From an uncultured Verrucomicrobiae bacterium (lineage in GTDB: Bacteria; Verrucomicrobiota; Verrucomicrobiia; Chthoniobacterales; UBA10450), in NCBI GenBank assembly GCA_963815455.1, contig CAWFGO010000001.1:864001-928000 (forward strand): DNA of 64,000 nt. The letters are read 5' to 3'. A program made the translations under genes and the position numbers. Below are positions 1 through 9,770 of this stretch, in pieces; the stretch's first letter is position 1; each line of letters begins with the position of its first letter. The notes beneath the pieces were generated by a model. That model was not told the origin of the DNA. It saw nothing but the letters and a program-made list of their open reading frames with translations, and did no database searches.

Positions 1-1409
1 CTAATGAGATCGCTGCGGTAAAGCGTTTCCTTGCGGCCACTGCGTAATGTCACTTCAAGGAACTTGTTTTCATCGCGCCGCATGAATTGCCAATCAACGA
101 AACGCTCGATCAAACGCTCGATGGCCTCGCCGATATGAGCCGCTTCCTTGGCCAGCGCGCCGTCGTAAGGTAAATCGTTAGTCAAATAAATGCGATAAAC
201 TTCTTTCGCACCTTCTTTATTCGGGCGGTTCACTTTGATTTTCCGATCGATCCGTCCGGGGCGCAAGATGGCTGGATCGATCAGATCGGCTCGATTGGAA
301 GCGAGAATGATAACCACGTCGTTGAGCGAATCGATCCCGTCCATCTCCGAGCAAAACATCGGGACGAGCGTCGAGAGAATGTTCGAGTAACGGGAAGCGC
401 GCCGTGTGCCGAGGATCGATTCGGCTTCGTCGATAAACAGGAATGGCATGAACCCTTCCCGTCGCTTCTCCCGCGCCGTGGAAAAAATTTCGCGCACGAT
501 CCGCTCCGACTCGCCCACCCACATGTTTAAAATCTCCGGGCCTTTGACATGCATGAAATATTCACGCATCTCGACGCCGGTTTTTTCCCGGAGTTGCTTG
601 GTCAGATTATAGGCCGTGGCTTTGCCAATGAGCGTTTTGCCGCAACCAGGCGGACCGTAGAGCAGAAAACCTTTGGGCGTGGCGTGCTGAAATTTTCGGA
701 AAAGATCGACATGCAGCAGCGGAAGCTCGATTGCATCTTTGATCGCCTGAAGCGCCGCTTCCTGTCCGCCGACTTTTTCCCAAGGCAGGTCCGGCACAAT
801 ATCGAGATAATGTTCGTGCGACTTGGGGCTGGAAAGCATCTCGAGCGCCATCCGGTAATTCGAATCGACCCGGACCTCGTCGCCCGATTTCAAAGTTGAG
901 TTCGCCAGATCGTCCGAACGCTGAAGCACCACCGCCTGCAATCCGTGTTCCGAACCGACGCGCAATCGATCGTTCCCCAGGACTTCGGTGATCTTCGTCA
1001 CCGGTCCGCTCGTCTCGAATCCGAGATCGCCGACGATGACGAACGCCTCGTTCACCAGAACGCGCGTTCCTTTTTTCATTTTCGCCAGTGGAATGCGCGG
1101 ATCGACATTGCAAAAATAGTCGGCGCCGCCCACCACGATATGGGCGGTGTTGGGCGAGGTCGCACCGAGAAATGTGCCGATCCGATTCGCCGGCGAAGTG
1201 ACCTTCTTGATCACGTCCTCGAGTTTCTCGATCATCCGGCGTGCCTCGATCACCATCTCCTCCCGATCGGAAATTTCCGCCCGCAACGCGAGCAGCTCGT
1301 AACGGATCGGATCACCCGGCGGGAGCGCAGCAACAACTCGATCGAACTCATCGAGAAAATTGCGCGCGGCTGATTTATCTTCTTCGCCCTGGAGTCCTTC
1401 GTCGCTCAT
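1..1409 (-). CDS. arc: Proteasome-associated AAA+ ATPase (ARC/Mpa family), 3' end runs off the window
   Basis: Absent from the ORF track because it is open at the edge. Manual translation from ATG 1409 gives an N-terminal coiled-coil/OB-like region, then GFLLYGPPGCGKT (Walker A), KGPEILNMWVGESER, FLFIDEAES (Walker B) and ASNRADLIDPAILRPGRIDRKI (SRH). Confidence 0.85.
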   Translation of the reverse strand, partial: MSDEGLQGEEDKSAARNFLDEFDRVVAALPPGDPIRYELLALRAEISDREEMVIEARRMIEKLEDVIKKVTSPANRIGTFLGATSPNTAHIVVGGADYFCNVDPRIPLAKMKKGTRVLVNEAFVIVGDLGFETSGPVTKITEVLGNDRLRVGSEHGLQAVVLQRSDDLANSTLKSGDEVRVDSNYRMALEMLSSPKSHEHYLDIVPDLPWEKVGGQEAALQAIKDAIELPLLHVDLFRKFQHATPKGFLLYGPPGCGKTLIGKATAYNLTKQLREKTGVEMREYFMHVKGPEILNMWVGESERIVREIFSTAREKRREGFMPFLFIDEAESILGTRRASRYSNILSTLVPMFCSEMDGIDSLNDVVIILASNRADLIDPAILRPGRIDRKIKVNRPNKEGAKEVYRIYLTNDLPYDGALAKEAAHIGEAIERLIERFVDWQFMRRDENKFLEVTLRSGRKETLYRSDLI

Positions 1410-1460
1410 GATGATTTGGGTCTTTACGCCAGTCCGGCTCGGACCCGCCGAATCGGTGCC

Positions 1461-1489
1461 ATTATAACTTTATGGTGTCTTTTGTGCAA
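1461..1489 (-). promoter_or_regulatory. Sigma70-type promoter for the ATPase gene
   Basis: Minus strand reads TTGCAC-N17-TATAAT, about 50 nt upstream of the ATG. Confidence 0.65.
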
Positions 1490-1583
1490 TGTTTCGACGC
1501 GATACCCGCATAAAATGTTCAACCAACGAATTGCCGCCACGTTGCACCAGAAACGCCAATTGCCTGGATGAGCGCCCCCCGCC

Positions 1584-2105
1584 GTGAAATTCGATCTTCA
1601 ACCAACACTACGGGGAAATTTGATTGAGTTGCGCCCTCTCACCCGCGATGACTTCAACGCGCTTTTCGCGGCGGCGAGCGATCCGCTCATCTGGGAACAG
1701 CATCCGGAAAGCGACCGATACACGCGGAAGGTCTTTCAGAGCTTTTTCGACGGAGCGATTGATTCCAAGGGCGCCTTTGCCATCGTCGAAGCCAAGTCCG
1801 GCAGAATCATTGGAAGTTCGCGCTACTGCAATCTCGATCCGGCTGAGCGCGAGGTGGAGATCGGCTGGACGTTCCTGGAACGCGCGTTTTGGGGCGGGCC
1901 CTGCAATGCCGAACTGAAATACCTCATGCTGGACCACGCCTTTAGATTTGTTGATCGCGTCGTCTTTGTTGTCGGCGAGAAGAATATCCGATCGCAAAAA
2001 GCGCTGCTCAAGATCGGCGCCCGGTTCTTGAAGAAGACGCAACGGCCGGCCCGTGACGGCTCCACGACGTCCAATGTCGTATTCGTAATTACGCGGGATG
2101 AGTGA
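1584..2105 (+). CDS. GNAT family N-acetyltransferase (RimJ/RimL-like)
   Basis: 173 aa; LRGNLIELRPL start, VEIGWTFLERAFWGG and NIRSQKALLKIGA motifs. Confidence 0.85.
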   Translation: MKFDLQPTLRGNLIELRPLTRDDFNALFAAASDPLIWEQHPESDRYTRKVFQSFFDGAIDSKGAFAIVEAKSGRIIGSSRYCNLDPAEREVEIGWTFLERAFWGGPCNAELKYLMLDHAFRFVDRVVFVVGEKNIRSQKALLKIGARFLKKTQRPARDGSTTSNVVFVITRDE

Positions 2106-2426
2106 GTGCGTCCGCCGATGAAATTGTTGCAAACATTTAACCTGATGGCCACTCGCCTGTTACACGGGTGTGCCAGGATCGAGAATGCGATCCAACCACC
2201 GAAGTTGGGTCGCTCCATATGCATAGAAACGGAAACGGCCATTTTGCGTTGGAACCAACTTCCCGCCGCGCCATTCGTCGTATTCAAGATGGTGTCCGCC
2301 AAATGCCGCTTCGCACAAACGGAGTCGACAGTCCTTTTGCAACCGGGACGGTCGGCCGCACTCGAAGGTTACTGCTGGCCGCACTGCGGGTCTGGGAACT
2401 AAAACGCGGAATCCGTGACTGACCGC

Positions 2427-3986
2427 TTAGGAGAGCGAGAGTTCGTCGAAAAGCGCCTCTTCATCCAGAATGCGTTTGGCGTCGTCGAAGATGGAACGGG
2501 CTTCTTCCGGCGAATTTCCCACAGCAGTGAGGCCGAGGCGTCCCGCGCTGCCCAATGCGCTAAGCATATGGAAAACAACTCCCGTCTGACGAACCTGACC
2601 GAAATGCAGGCCGCGTCGGACGACAAGATCGAACAGATCATCCGGTGTGAATCCCCGGTAGCGCGGCGACTCCACGTGATCGCTGGCCACGAGAAATTTC
2701 TGGCGACCGTTTGATGACGTAAACGTCGCAGCATCCGGATCGTAAACGCCGCCGGTGAGAAATTGCAAAGTTAGGAACGGATGGGTGGTCCCGCCCTTTC
2801 GCAGATTGATTTCGATCGCATAGGTTTCCCACGAGCTTGTGTCGTTTGCGCGAGTCACCACGAAATCGAGAGCGAACCGGCCGATCACGCCCGCATCGCG
2901 CAAAAGCTCGGCGACTTTCGCCGCGTCGCGCGTGATCGCGCCAGCATACGCCGGATCGGCCGGGAAGGTGCAGCCGAGGTAGCTTTGACCGCTGGGACCA
3001 CCCAGCATTTGATCGTGCGTAGAGAGAAGCTCCACTTTGCCCAGCGGCGTAATCCGGAGTTGCACGCTCGGGCTTCGCACCTCGGATGCGCCGACTCCCA
3101 CACGTTCCTCAACGATCCCGCCCCGCTCGCGAAATTTTGCCGCGTATTGATCGAACTTCGTCGAACCGAGTTCGAACTGCATGGCGCGGATCCGTTCCTC
3201 GATCGCGCTGTCGATTGGCGCGGACAGGTTCGACATGTCGACGATTGCGTTCCCTTCGCCGGAAACGCCCTCGTTCAATTTCACCACCGCCTGGGCCATC
3301 GATGGCCGTTTAGCGTTCATTTGAGCCAGCGCCGACGCGACTTCTTCGAGACTCGTCAAATTATCGAACCCAAGCGGATGATTAATCCCGGCTTGAGCGA
3401 ACAGTTGCCGGCACCCGGTTTTCGTCCCGAAGGAAAAATGCCGCGGGTCGGCCCCGTAAAGTGGGATGCCGAGACGCAGCGCCAGATTTCTTTCGAAAAA
3501 CGTCGTGTTGTAACAGACGAGATGCGCGCGGTCTTTGTCGGCGATGCCGGCTTCGATTCGCTGGAGAAGGCGCGGCCGCTCCAGGAGTTTGAGACTGAGC
3601 GGCCGGCTGGAATCATCGTAAGGCGAGAGCAACGTAAGTCGGCGCATGGCGTGGCTGGGGATCACGCCCGGAAGAAGATCGAGATAATATTCGATCACGC
3701 TGGGATGAATCGCCTGCGAGGTCACGTAGATCATTCGCGCCCGCGGTTGAGAAAGCAGCAACAGCAGAAAAAGAAAACGCTCTTCGTAAGCCTGGACCTC
3801 AAAACCGCTGATCGACATGTCCACCGTCATCGACGGCACAACGACAATGGTCTGTTCGTCCTGATTAAACGATTCAATCGACCGCCACAGCGGCACCAGT
3901 TTTTTCTGAAGGAGATCGAACCGCCTGGCCGCTTCATCCGGAGAAACGCCATCGGAAAGTCCAATCACACTGGGATCGCTGCTCAT
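2427..3986 (-). CDS. PGM1-like ATP-grasp peptide-ligase family protein (pre-ATP-grasp + ATP-grasp + PGM1 C-terminal-like)
   Basis: Motifs YEERFLFLL, VVKLNEGVSGEGNA, SPSVQ, STHDQMLGG, IEINLRKGGTTHP. Start moved to ATG 3986 because the ORF-track extension runs through the tRNA. Confidence 0.7.
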   Translation of the reverse strand: MSSDPSVIGLSDGVSPDEAARRFDLLQKKLVPLWRSIESFNQDEQTIVVVPSMTVDMSISGFEVQAYEERFLFLLLLLSQPRARMIYVTSQAIHPSVIEYYLDLLPGVIPSHAMRRLTLLSPYDDSSRPLSLKLLERPRLLQRIEAGIADKDRAHLVCYNTTFFERNLALRLGIPLYGADPRHFSFGTKTGCRQLFAQAGINHPLGFDNLTSLEEVASALAQMNAKRPSMAQAVVKLNEGVSGEGNAIVDMSNLSAPIDSAIEERIRAMQFELGSTKFDQYAAKFRERGGIVEERVGVGASEVRSPSVQLRITPLGKVELLSTHDQMLGGPSGQSYLGCTFPADPAYAGAITRDAAKVAELLRDAGVIGRFALDFVVTRANDTSSWETYAIEINLRKGGTTHPFLTLQFLTGGVYDPDAATFTSSNGRQKFLVASDHVESPRYRGFTPDDLFDLVVRRGLHFGQVRQTGVVFHMLSALGSAGRLGLTAVGNSPEEARSIFDDAKRILDEEALFDELSLS

Positions 3987-4071
3987 ATCGCCGAACGGTA
4001 AAACGCCCGGGAACTGTGCAAAGCACCAAGTGCCGACGCGAGCAGAATTTTCGCCAAACCTCGCGTCATTC

Positions 4072-4145
4072 CGGAGCCTACGGGGCTCGAACCCGCAACC
4101 TCCGCCGTGACAGGGCGGCGCTCTAACCAATTGAGCTAAGGCTCC
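4072..4145 (-). tRNA. tRNA-Asp (anticodon GTC), CCA not encoded
   Basis: Reverse complement GGAGCCTTAGCTCAATTGGTTAGAGCGCCGCCCT-GTC-ACGGCGGAGGTTGCGGGTTCGAGCCCCGTAGGCTCCG; canonical D and T loops. Confidence 0.97.
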
Positions 4146-4252
4146 TCGCAAAAAGCGGAGAGCAGCGTAGTCGCGCACCCGGCCGCTTCAACTGTTTTTC
4201 GCTCCATCGGAATCCTGACTGCAGGGCAACCGCAACGGCGGAACTCTGTTTT

Positions 4253-4276
4253 GCGGCCGACACGGCCGCCTCTACA
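4253..4276 (-). repeat. GTAG-tagged REP-like palindrome
   Basis: TGTAGAGGCGGCCGTGTCGGCCGC on the minus strand; same architecture as the copies at 40858, 44983, 46376 and 62523. Confidence 0.6.
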
Positions 4277-4310
4277 CCAATAAGCGAAACGCCCTGCGTT
4301 TCGCGGCCTA

Positions 4311-5117
4311 TTATTGACTTATGACCTGGCCGCCGCTGGTGAGCGCGAGCTGTTCGGCGATGACTTTGCCGTACACTTTGCCCCCGCTTAGAGCGACCTT
4401 CCGTTTAACGGCAAGCAGGATTCCCTGCATCGAAGTGCCCTGATTTAGGGAAACTTGCTCTCCGGTCCCGCGAACATTGAAAAGTACGTGAGAGGCCATG
4501 AGCCCGCCGGAAAGAACGATTTGCGAGTTATTGAGCGAAAATTTCCTACTGACGTTGATGATGTAGGTCGTCATCGCCGTTCCGGAGAGGGTGAACGTGC
4601 CGCCAGTCATGACGAAGTCCTGCAAATTGAGCACGATCTTTCCGGTACCGTTGAGCGTCACATTTTGATTCCCGTTCACGGTCGTGCCGTTAAAGGTTCC
4701 CATCGTGACAACGTAGCTGCCAGTGGACATCTCCATCGCGGCCATGTCGGAAAGCATCCGCGCATCGTTCAACGCGGTATTGAGGGTCGGGTCCTGATTC
4801 AGGAAAAGATTGCCGTTGTGCTGCGCCGGACCGCTTTTCTTAAACTTCCCGTAGTTGTTCATGTAAACGTCGCCGTCAATGACGCCATTTGACATGGAGA
4901 AGTTGCCCCTGCCCCCGACACCGACGTTTCCAATGATATGCGAGGGCCCGGTGAGAGTATTATTTGTGTCGTCCAAATCGCCGCTGGTCAACACGGTGAA
5001 CAAAGACACACTGCCCACGTTGATCGAGCCGTCTGGATTGACAACGATGGTCGCCTGCGCGCCGACCGCGCACAGGAAAATACCCGAGAAAAATAGTAGT
5101 TTGAGGCCGCGACGCAT
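4311..5117 (-). CDS. Secreted beta-solenoid protein, DUF3494/ice-binding-protein-like
   Basis: Signal peptide (…AVGAQA); G/T/N-rich beta repeats, a helical segment (TLNTALNDAR) and IVLSGGLMASHVLFNV, resembling the DUF3494 V-L-x-x-G-A-x-A-x-N-V-F-W motif. Confidence 0.55.
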   Translation of the reverse strand: MRRGLKLLFFSGIFLCAVGAQATIVVNPDGSINVGSVSLFTVLTSGDLDDTNNTLTGPSHIIGNVGVGGRGNFSMSNGVIDGDVYMNNYGKFKKSGPAQHNGNLFLNQDPTLNTALNDARMLSDMAAMEMSTGSYVVTMGTFNGTTVNGNQNVTLNGTGKIVLNLQDFVMTGGTFTLSGTAMTTYIINVSRKFSLNNSQIVLSGGLMASHVLFNVRGTGEQVSLNQGTSMQGILLAVKRKVALSGGKVYGKVIAEQLALTSGGQVISQ

Positions 5118-5290
5118 GTTCGTCAGATTGCGACCAAGTGTGAGCCAAATGCCACCGCAGAGTCAAGCTTCAAGTTGCGTAGTCACACCCTTCTAGCGCC
5201 TTGGCTGACGCGACTTCGTTGCGCGGGCAACGAGTTTTATGGCAGGCTAGCGGTCCCTTGGCTCTTCCAGTTGTAGATTCGACCAAATCG

Positions 5291-7609
5291 GTGCGCCCGC
5301 CGGTGGCGTATGCCGTGCTTGGGCTGACTGTCCTGGCGCCGGCGATGGGCGGCTCGACCGAACTCTGGGCCCAGGGCATTCTGGCGATCGGTGCGGGCCT
5401 CCTTTTCACCCTGGCTCCGCCGCGCAGATCCCTCGGCCTTATTCCCAATCTCGGTCTTGTCGCGCTGTTCCTGATTGCTCTGCCTGCCTTCCTGCCGATG
5501 AGCTGGTTCGATCCGCCGGATTGGTGGATCGACATGTCCAGGCTGGGCGCTCAACTGCCCGGAACCCGCTCCCCGCAACCCTGGCTGACTTTGCAATGGA
5601 CTGGCCTTTTGTTGCTGGCACTGGCCTGGATGTATTACCTCGCCACCTTCGAATGGAGCCGTCGCTTGCGCGACAATGCCGGCGTCGTTTTCGCCATCGC
5701 TATTCTCGCCTTGGCGGTCGCGTTGACTCTATCTTTCATCCTCGCTCTTCGCATTCCATTCTGGCCCGAGACCAAGGAATTCGGATTTTTCCCGAACCGC
5801 AATCAAACTGGCAACGTTCTGGGCTTGGGTGGCGTCATGATTTACGCGCTGGGGTTGCAACGCTTCCAGGAAGATCGCAAATACTGGTGGCTTTGGCTCG
5901 CCAGTCTTCCGTTGTTGTGCTGGGCGCTTATCCTCAACTACTCGCGCGCCGGGATCATCCTCTTCTTTTTCGGCGCGCTGGCGGTGCATATTTATTGGTG
6001 GTCGATCGCGAAAGAACGGCGACGGCCAATGGTCGCGCTGGGCGGGCTCGCACTGCTCATCGCCCTTTTCATTATCAACGGCGGCGCGACCCTGGTCCGG
6101 TTCGGCAAAGAAACCGCCGGCTTCTTTTTGCCGACGCAAAACTTGCGATTGTCGATCTACCGCGACGCGATCGGCTTAATCGAAAAATCGCCCCTGCTGG
6201 GGAGCGGCCTGGGCAATTTCCGCGGGCTCTTCGCGCTCAACCGGAATTATTCGACAAATATCAGCCAGGCGGCACATCCGGAGAGCGATTGGCTATGGGC
6301 GGCGGCCGACGTTGGATTGATCGGACTGCTGCTCGGGCTCGTTCTTTTCTTTTGGTGGCTAAGACAATGTCCTCCGTTTGATGCCAGAACGAATCGCCTC
6401 GTGCGCGTCGCGGCAATGGTTTGCGGAATTGCCTTTGCCGTTCACGGAGTCTTCGATGTTTCCGGTCATCGTCCCGGCGCGCTTTGGCCAGCGATATTTC
6501 TTGCCAGCATCGCCATGCATCCGGAAAACAAATACCGTCGATCGACGGCCGTTTCGTTGACCTTTCGCGTTATTGGCGTGCTCCTTTTTGCCATCGGCAG
6601 CTGGTGGATGGCTTCCGTCTGCGGCTTGAAAACTCCTCCCACCAGCGCCACGGTCGAACGATTGCGGCCTCAAGTCGAGGCGGCAGTTGCCGCGGAAGAT
6701 TTCAACAGCGTCATAAAGATGACCTCCGCCGCTTTGGTCGTCGCGCCGCTGGACTGGGAGTTTTATTTCAAGCGCGGTGTTGCCGAAGCCGGTTCGTTTC
6801 GAGCGGGTTCGGAAGTGGATCGCGATTTTGCGATCGCACGGTACTTTTTGCCCAACTGGCCGGATCTTTATTTGAAAGAGGGACAGGTGTTGCTCGCGGT
6901 GGGCGAACCGGACCTCGCTTTCGATGTGTGGCAGAAGGGAATGCGACGTATTCCGAGTGAAGCGGCGCCGCTCTACGGACAGATCTTTGGGTTGATCCGA
7001 GGCGACGTTGCGCTCATCGATCGCTGGCGACAGCTCGCGAAAACCAACAAGGAATGCCTGCTGATTTTCCTCCAAAACGCCGGGCCGTTCGAGTTCCAAA
7101 TCGAGCTTCAGCGATTGCTGACGGACGATCCGGACCTACGCTCGTTTTCGGTGGCCGAATTGGCCGGGCTCTTTTCGTCCTGGTATCAAAAGGGCGGCAA
7201 ATTCGATTTGGCTCGGACACTGGAGGAGCACCCCGAATGGCGAAAAATCGGGTGGCGCGAACTGGCCCGGGCCTATGCGGATCGGGAGGATTACCGCCGC
7301 GCATACGAAACGGCGCAAGAATTCTTACCGCAACCTGAGTTGCCCCAATCGGGATCGCCTCAGCCTCTCGACAAGGCGCGTGCCCGTTTCCTTGTGAATC
7401 GAACGAATCTCGATGCCGGGCTCGACGTTTATTTCGCCCAGATCAGGGAAGGCGATATCGACAACGCCCTTGTCACTGTCCGCGAACTGGCCGCGCTACC
7501 AAACAGTCCGAAATATTTATCGTATTTCGAAGCCCAATTATGGGCCCAGAGGAAAGATTGGCGCCGAGCCTGGCAGGCGTTGGCCCGATTTGCGCTAGGG
7601 CAAGGTTAA
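5291..7609 (+). CDS. O-antigen ligase (Wzy_C)-like membrane protein with TPR-like C-terminal region
   Basis: Many TM segments; FPNRNQTG, NYSRAG, PLLGSGLGNF and AHPESDWL motifs. Start uncertain (5201-5345). Confidence 0.75.
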   Translation: MRPPVAYAVLGLTVLAPAMGGSTELWAQGILAIGAGLLFTLAPPRRSLGLIPNLGLVALFLIALPAFLPMSWFDPPDWWIDMSRLGAQLPGTRSPQPWLTLQWTGLLLLALAWMYYLATFEWSRRLRDNAGVVFAIAILALAVALTLSFILALRIPFWPETKEFGFFPNRNQTGNVLGLGGVMIYALGLQRFQEDRKYWWLWLASLPLLCWALILNYSRAGIILFFFGALAVHIYWWSIAKERRRPMVALGGLALLIALFIINGGATLVRFGKETAGFFLPTQNLRLSIYRDAIGLIEKSPLLGSGLGNFRGLFALNRNYSTNISQAAHPESDWLWAAADVGLIGLLLGLVLFFWWLRQCPPFDARTNRLVRVAAMVCGIAFAVHGVFDVSGHRPGALWPAIFLASIAMHPENKYRRSTAVSLTFRVIGVLLFAIGSWWMASVCGLKTPPTSATVERLRPQVEAAVAAEDFNSVIKMTSAALVVAPLDWEFYFKRGVAEAGSFRAGSEVDRDFAIARYFLPNWPDLYLKEGQVLLAVGEPDLAFDVWQKGMRRIPSEAAPLYGQIFGLIRGDVALIDRWRQLAKTNKECLLIFLQNAGPFEFQIELQRLLTDDPDLRSFSVAELAGLFSSWYQKGGKFDLARTLEEHPEWRKIGWRELARAYADREDYRRAYETAQEFLPQPELPQSGSPQPLDKARARFLVNRTNLDAGLDVYFAQIREGDIDNALVTVRELAALPNSPKYLSYFEAQLWAQRKDWRRAWQALARFALGQG

Positions 7610-7694
7610 AAACGACGCTGAGAGCCGGCGCACAGGGTCTATTCCGCGCCTTCGGGATGAAACCCGTTGCGTGTAATCGACGATTATCAGTAAA

Positions 7695-9023
7695 ATGGCG
7701 GCCTCGATTTTGATGTTTCACTTTAATCTTTTCCCCTCGGGCCGCACGGCGCTGATGCTGCTTTTCCTGGCCGTTCCGGAGCTGCTCACCGCGCAGGTGA
7801 TGACGCCGCAATCGCTGGGCACTCATCCATCCGAGGATATTCCCCCTTCCACCAGCCAACCGGTTGCAACTCCTTCGCCCCCGCCGATCGATGAAGGACG
7901 GGCGGTGTCGCCCAATGTGCGCCGTCTGCATTACGAGCTGAAGCTGGATCTGCGCACCGCTTACGACGATAACATTCTCCTCAGCGCGCGCCGGAAAATC
8001 GGCGATTTCAATACTCGGATCGACCCGAGCATCGCCCTTAGTCTTGGAGACCAATCGGGCGAAGCAAACAGGCTGCATTTTCAGTACAATCCCGACATCG
8101 TCCTCTTTTTCGATCACTCCGAATTCGATACTCTTCAACACGTCATTCATCTCGATGGGCAGTCTAACCTCGGCCGATTGAAGCTGGGCCTGAGTGAAGA
8201 CGCCCAATTTCTCAATGGCACCGACGTTAACCAGGCGACCAATACCGGCACATTCGTTAACGCAGTAAATCTGGACGTACGCGGACAACCAGATGTCAAT
8301 ACCTTCGACACGCAATTGACCGCAGCATACGATCTGACGGGAAAGACTTCGTTGAGCGGCGCGTTTCAATGGTCGATTAGCGATTACAGCCAGTTCATCA
8401 GTTCCGAGCGAATTTCAGGGAGCCTCTACTTCAACTATATCTATGGCCCCAAGCTGACGATTGGCGCCGGCGGTTTGGTTGGAAGCGAACTTGTCGATGG
8501 GCCGACGACCGACCAAACCTTCGAGCAGATAAACGTGCGCGCTTCGTATGAGCTCACCGGGAAACTGATGGCGACCGGATCGTTTGGGATCGAGATCCGT
8601 CAGTTCGACACCGGGCGGGGCGATTACGTTTCGCCGGTGTTTGAGCTCGGCATCGACTACACCCCGTTCGATGGAACGATCTTCAACCTTTCCGGTTCGC
8701 GGCGCACCACCAATTCCGCTTCGTTGGCCGGGCAGGATTTTACTTCGACGCAATTGACCGCCAGTGTTCGGCAACGGCTCTTCCAGCGTTTTTTCGTCAG
8801 CCTCACCGGCGGTTATCAAAATCAGACCTACTTCGGGACGACCGGCGCGACCAGTTCGGCTCGGGACGATAACTATTATTTTATCCAACCGGCAATCGAT
8901 GTTAAAATCACTCGCTATTGGTACGGGGGCGGCTTTTATCTCCACCGGCAGAATGAGAGTTCAGCGAGCAGCTTTAGTTTTAACGAGAACCAGGTTGGTG
9001 TTCGGGCAACATTTACGTTCTAA
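7695..9023 (+). CDS. Outer-membrane beta-barrel protein of polysaccharide export locus
   Basis: Signal peptide, alternating aromatic beta-strands, C-terminal Phe (VGVRATFTF); adjacent to OPX and Wzc. Confidence 0.75.
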   Translation: MAASILMFHFNLFPSGRTALMLLFLAVPELLTAQVMTPQSLGTHPSEDIPPSTSQPVATPSPPPIDEGRAVSPNVRRLHYELKLDLRTAYDDNILLSARRKIGDFNTRIDPSIALSLGDQSGEANRLHFQYNPDIVLFFDHSEFDTLQHVIHLDGQSNLGRLKLGLSEDAQFLNGTDVNQATNTGTFVNAVNLDVRGQPDVNTFDTQLTAAYDLTGKTSLSGAFQWSISDYSQFISSERISGSLYFNYIYGPKLTIGAGGLVGSELVDGPTTDQTFEQINVRASYELTGKLMATGSFGIEIRQFDTGRGDYVSPVFELGIDYTPFDGTIFNLSGSRRTTNSASLAGQDFTSTQLTASVRQRLFQRFFVSLTGGYQNQTYFGTTGATSSARDDNYYFIQPAIDVKITRYWYGGGFYLHRQNESSASSFSFNENQVGVRATFTF

Positions 9024-9096
9024 GCGTAACTTCGTAGCGCTTCTTACAAGTGCCGTCCGGTCCCGGATTCCCTGGTTGCTGGCGGTTGGTTGGGTG

Positions 9097-9762
9097 ATGG
9101 CGGCGGCCGCGTTCGGCCAAACCGCTCAACCCTCCGAGTCGCCAGTCAGTTCGGCGCTTTCCTCGCCGCCCTCCTCGCTTTTCAACCTCGACACCATGCG
9201 AGCGCCGGCCGCGCCGGCCTCGCCAAGCCCGGGCGCGACAGTCATTAATATAATTAGCGCCCCCACAGATTATCAGCTCAGCACCGACGACCAGATCGCC
9301 GTGGAAGTTTTTGGCGAAGACGATCTCCGTACCGGAGCGCGACTTAATGCCGATGGGGCGGTGAGCCTGCCTCTGCTGGGTTCAGTTAAGCTAGCCGGAC
9401 TTACTCTGAATCAGGCTGCCACCCGGCTAACGGAACTTTACGGTCGCGATTATTTGGTAAACCCGAAGGTGAATGTAATGCTGGTCGCGTATGCCAAACG
9501 CCGGTTCACTGTGCTCGGCCAGGTGAATCGCCCTGGGAGCTACGATATGCCGGAGGGAAGCCCGAGCGGAATCGATTTGCTGGAAGCGATTGCGATTGCC
9601 GGAGGCTACACCCGCATCGCCGCCCCGGAGCGAATCAGCGTGAAACGGCGCGATCAAATCGTGCGCGTGGATGCGAAGAAGCTCGCGCGCCGCAGCGGGG
9701 CCGAAGGCAGCTTCCGGGTCGAGCCGGGAGATACGGTTACCGTTGGCGAAAGTCTCTTTTAA
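9097..9762 (+). CDS. Polysaccharide export (OPX/Wza-family) protein, short Poly_export + SLBB form
   Basis: DYQLSTDDQIAVEVFGEDDL…DGAVSLPLLGSV…VLGQVNRPGSY…LLEAIAIAGGYT…VEPGDTVTVGESLF. Start approximate (9076-9097). Confidence 0.85.
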   Translation: MAAAAFGQTAQPSESPVSSALSSPPSSLFNLDTMRAPAAPASPSPGATVINIISAPTDYQLSTDDQIAVEVFGEDDLRTGARLNADGAVSLPLLGSVKLAGLTLNQAATRLTELYGRDYLVNPKVNVMLVAYAKRRFTVLGQVNRPGSYDMPEGSPSGIDLLEAIAIAGGYTRIAAPERISVKRRDQIVRVDAKKLARRSGAEGSFRVEPGDTVTVGESLF

Positions 9763-9770
9763 TTCTCGTT

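Noticed and set aside
2106..2426. Short ORFs between the GNAT and the ATP-grasp gene as a precursor peptide
   Set aside because: Several overlapping frames, none with a convincing RBS, motif or composition.
2781..4001. 406-aa plus-strand ORF, and similar long antisense ORFs such as 35099-36847 and 46674-48125
   Set aside because: Shadow ORFs opposite well-supported genes in GC-rich DNA, with no recognisable motifs.
4072..4145. tRNA-anchored genomic island or prophage
   Set aside because: No integrase and no duplicated tRNA 3' end were noticed.
3987..4178. N-terminal extension of the ATP-grasp ORF
   Set aside because: It reads through tRNA-Asp; ATG 3986 is the more plausible start.
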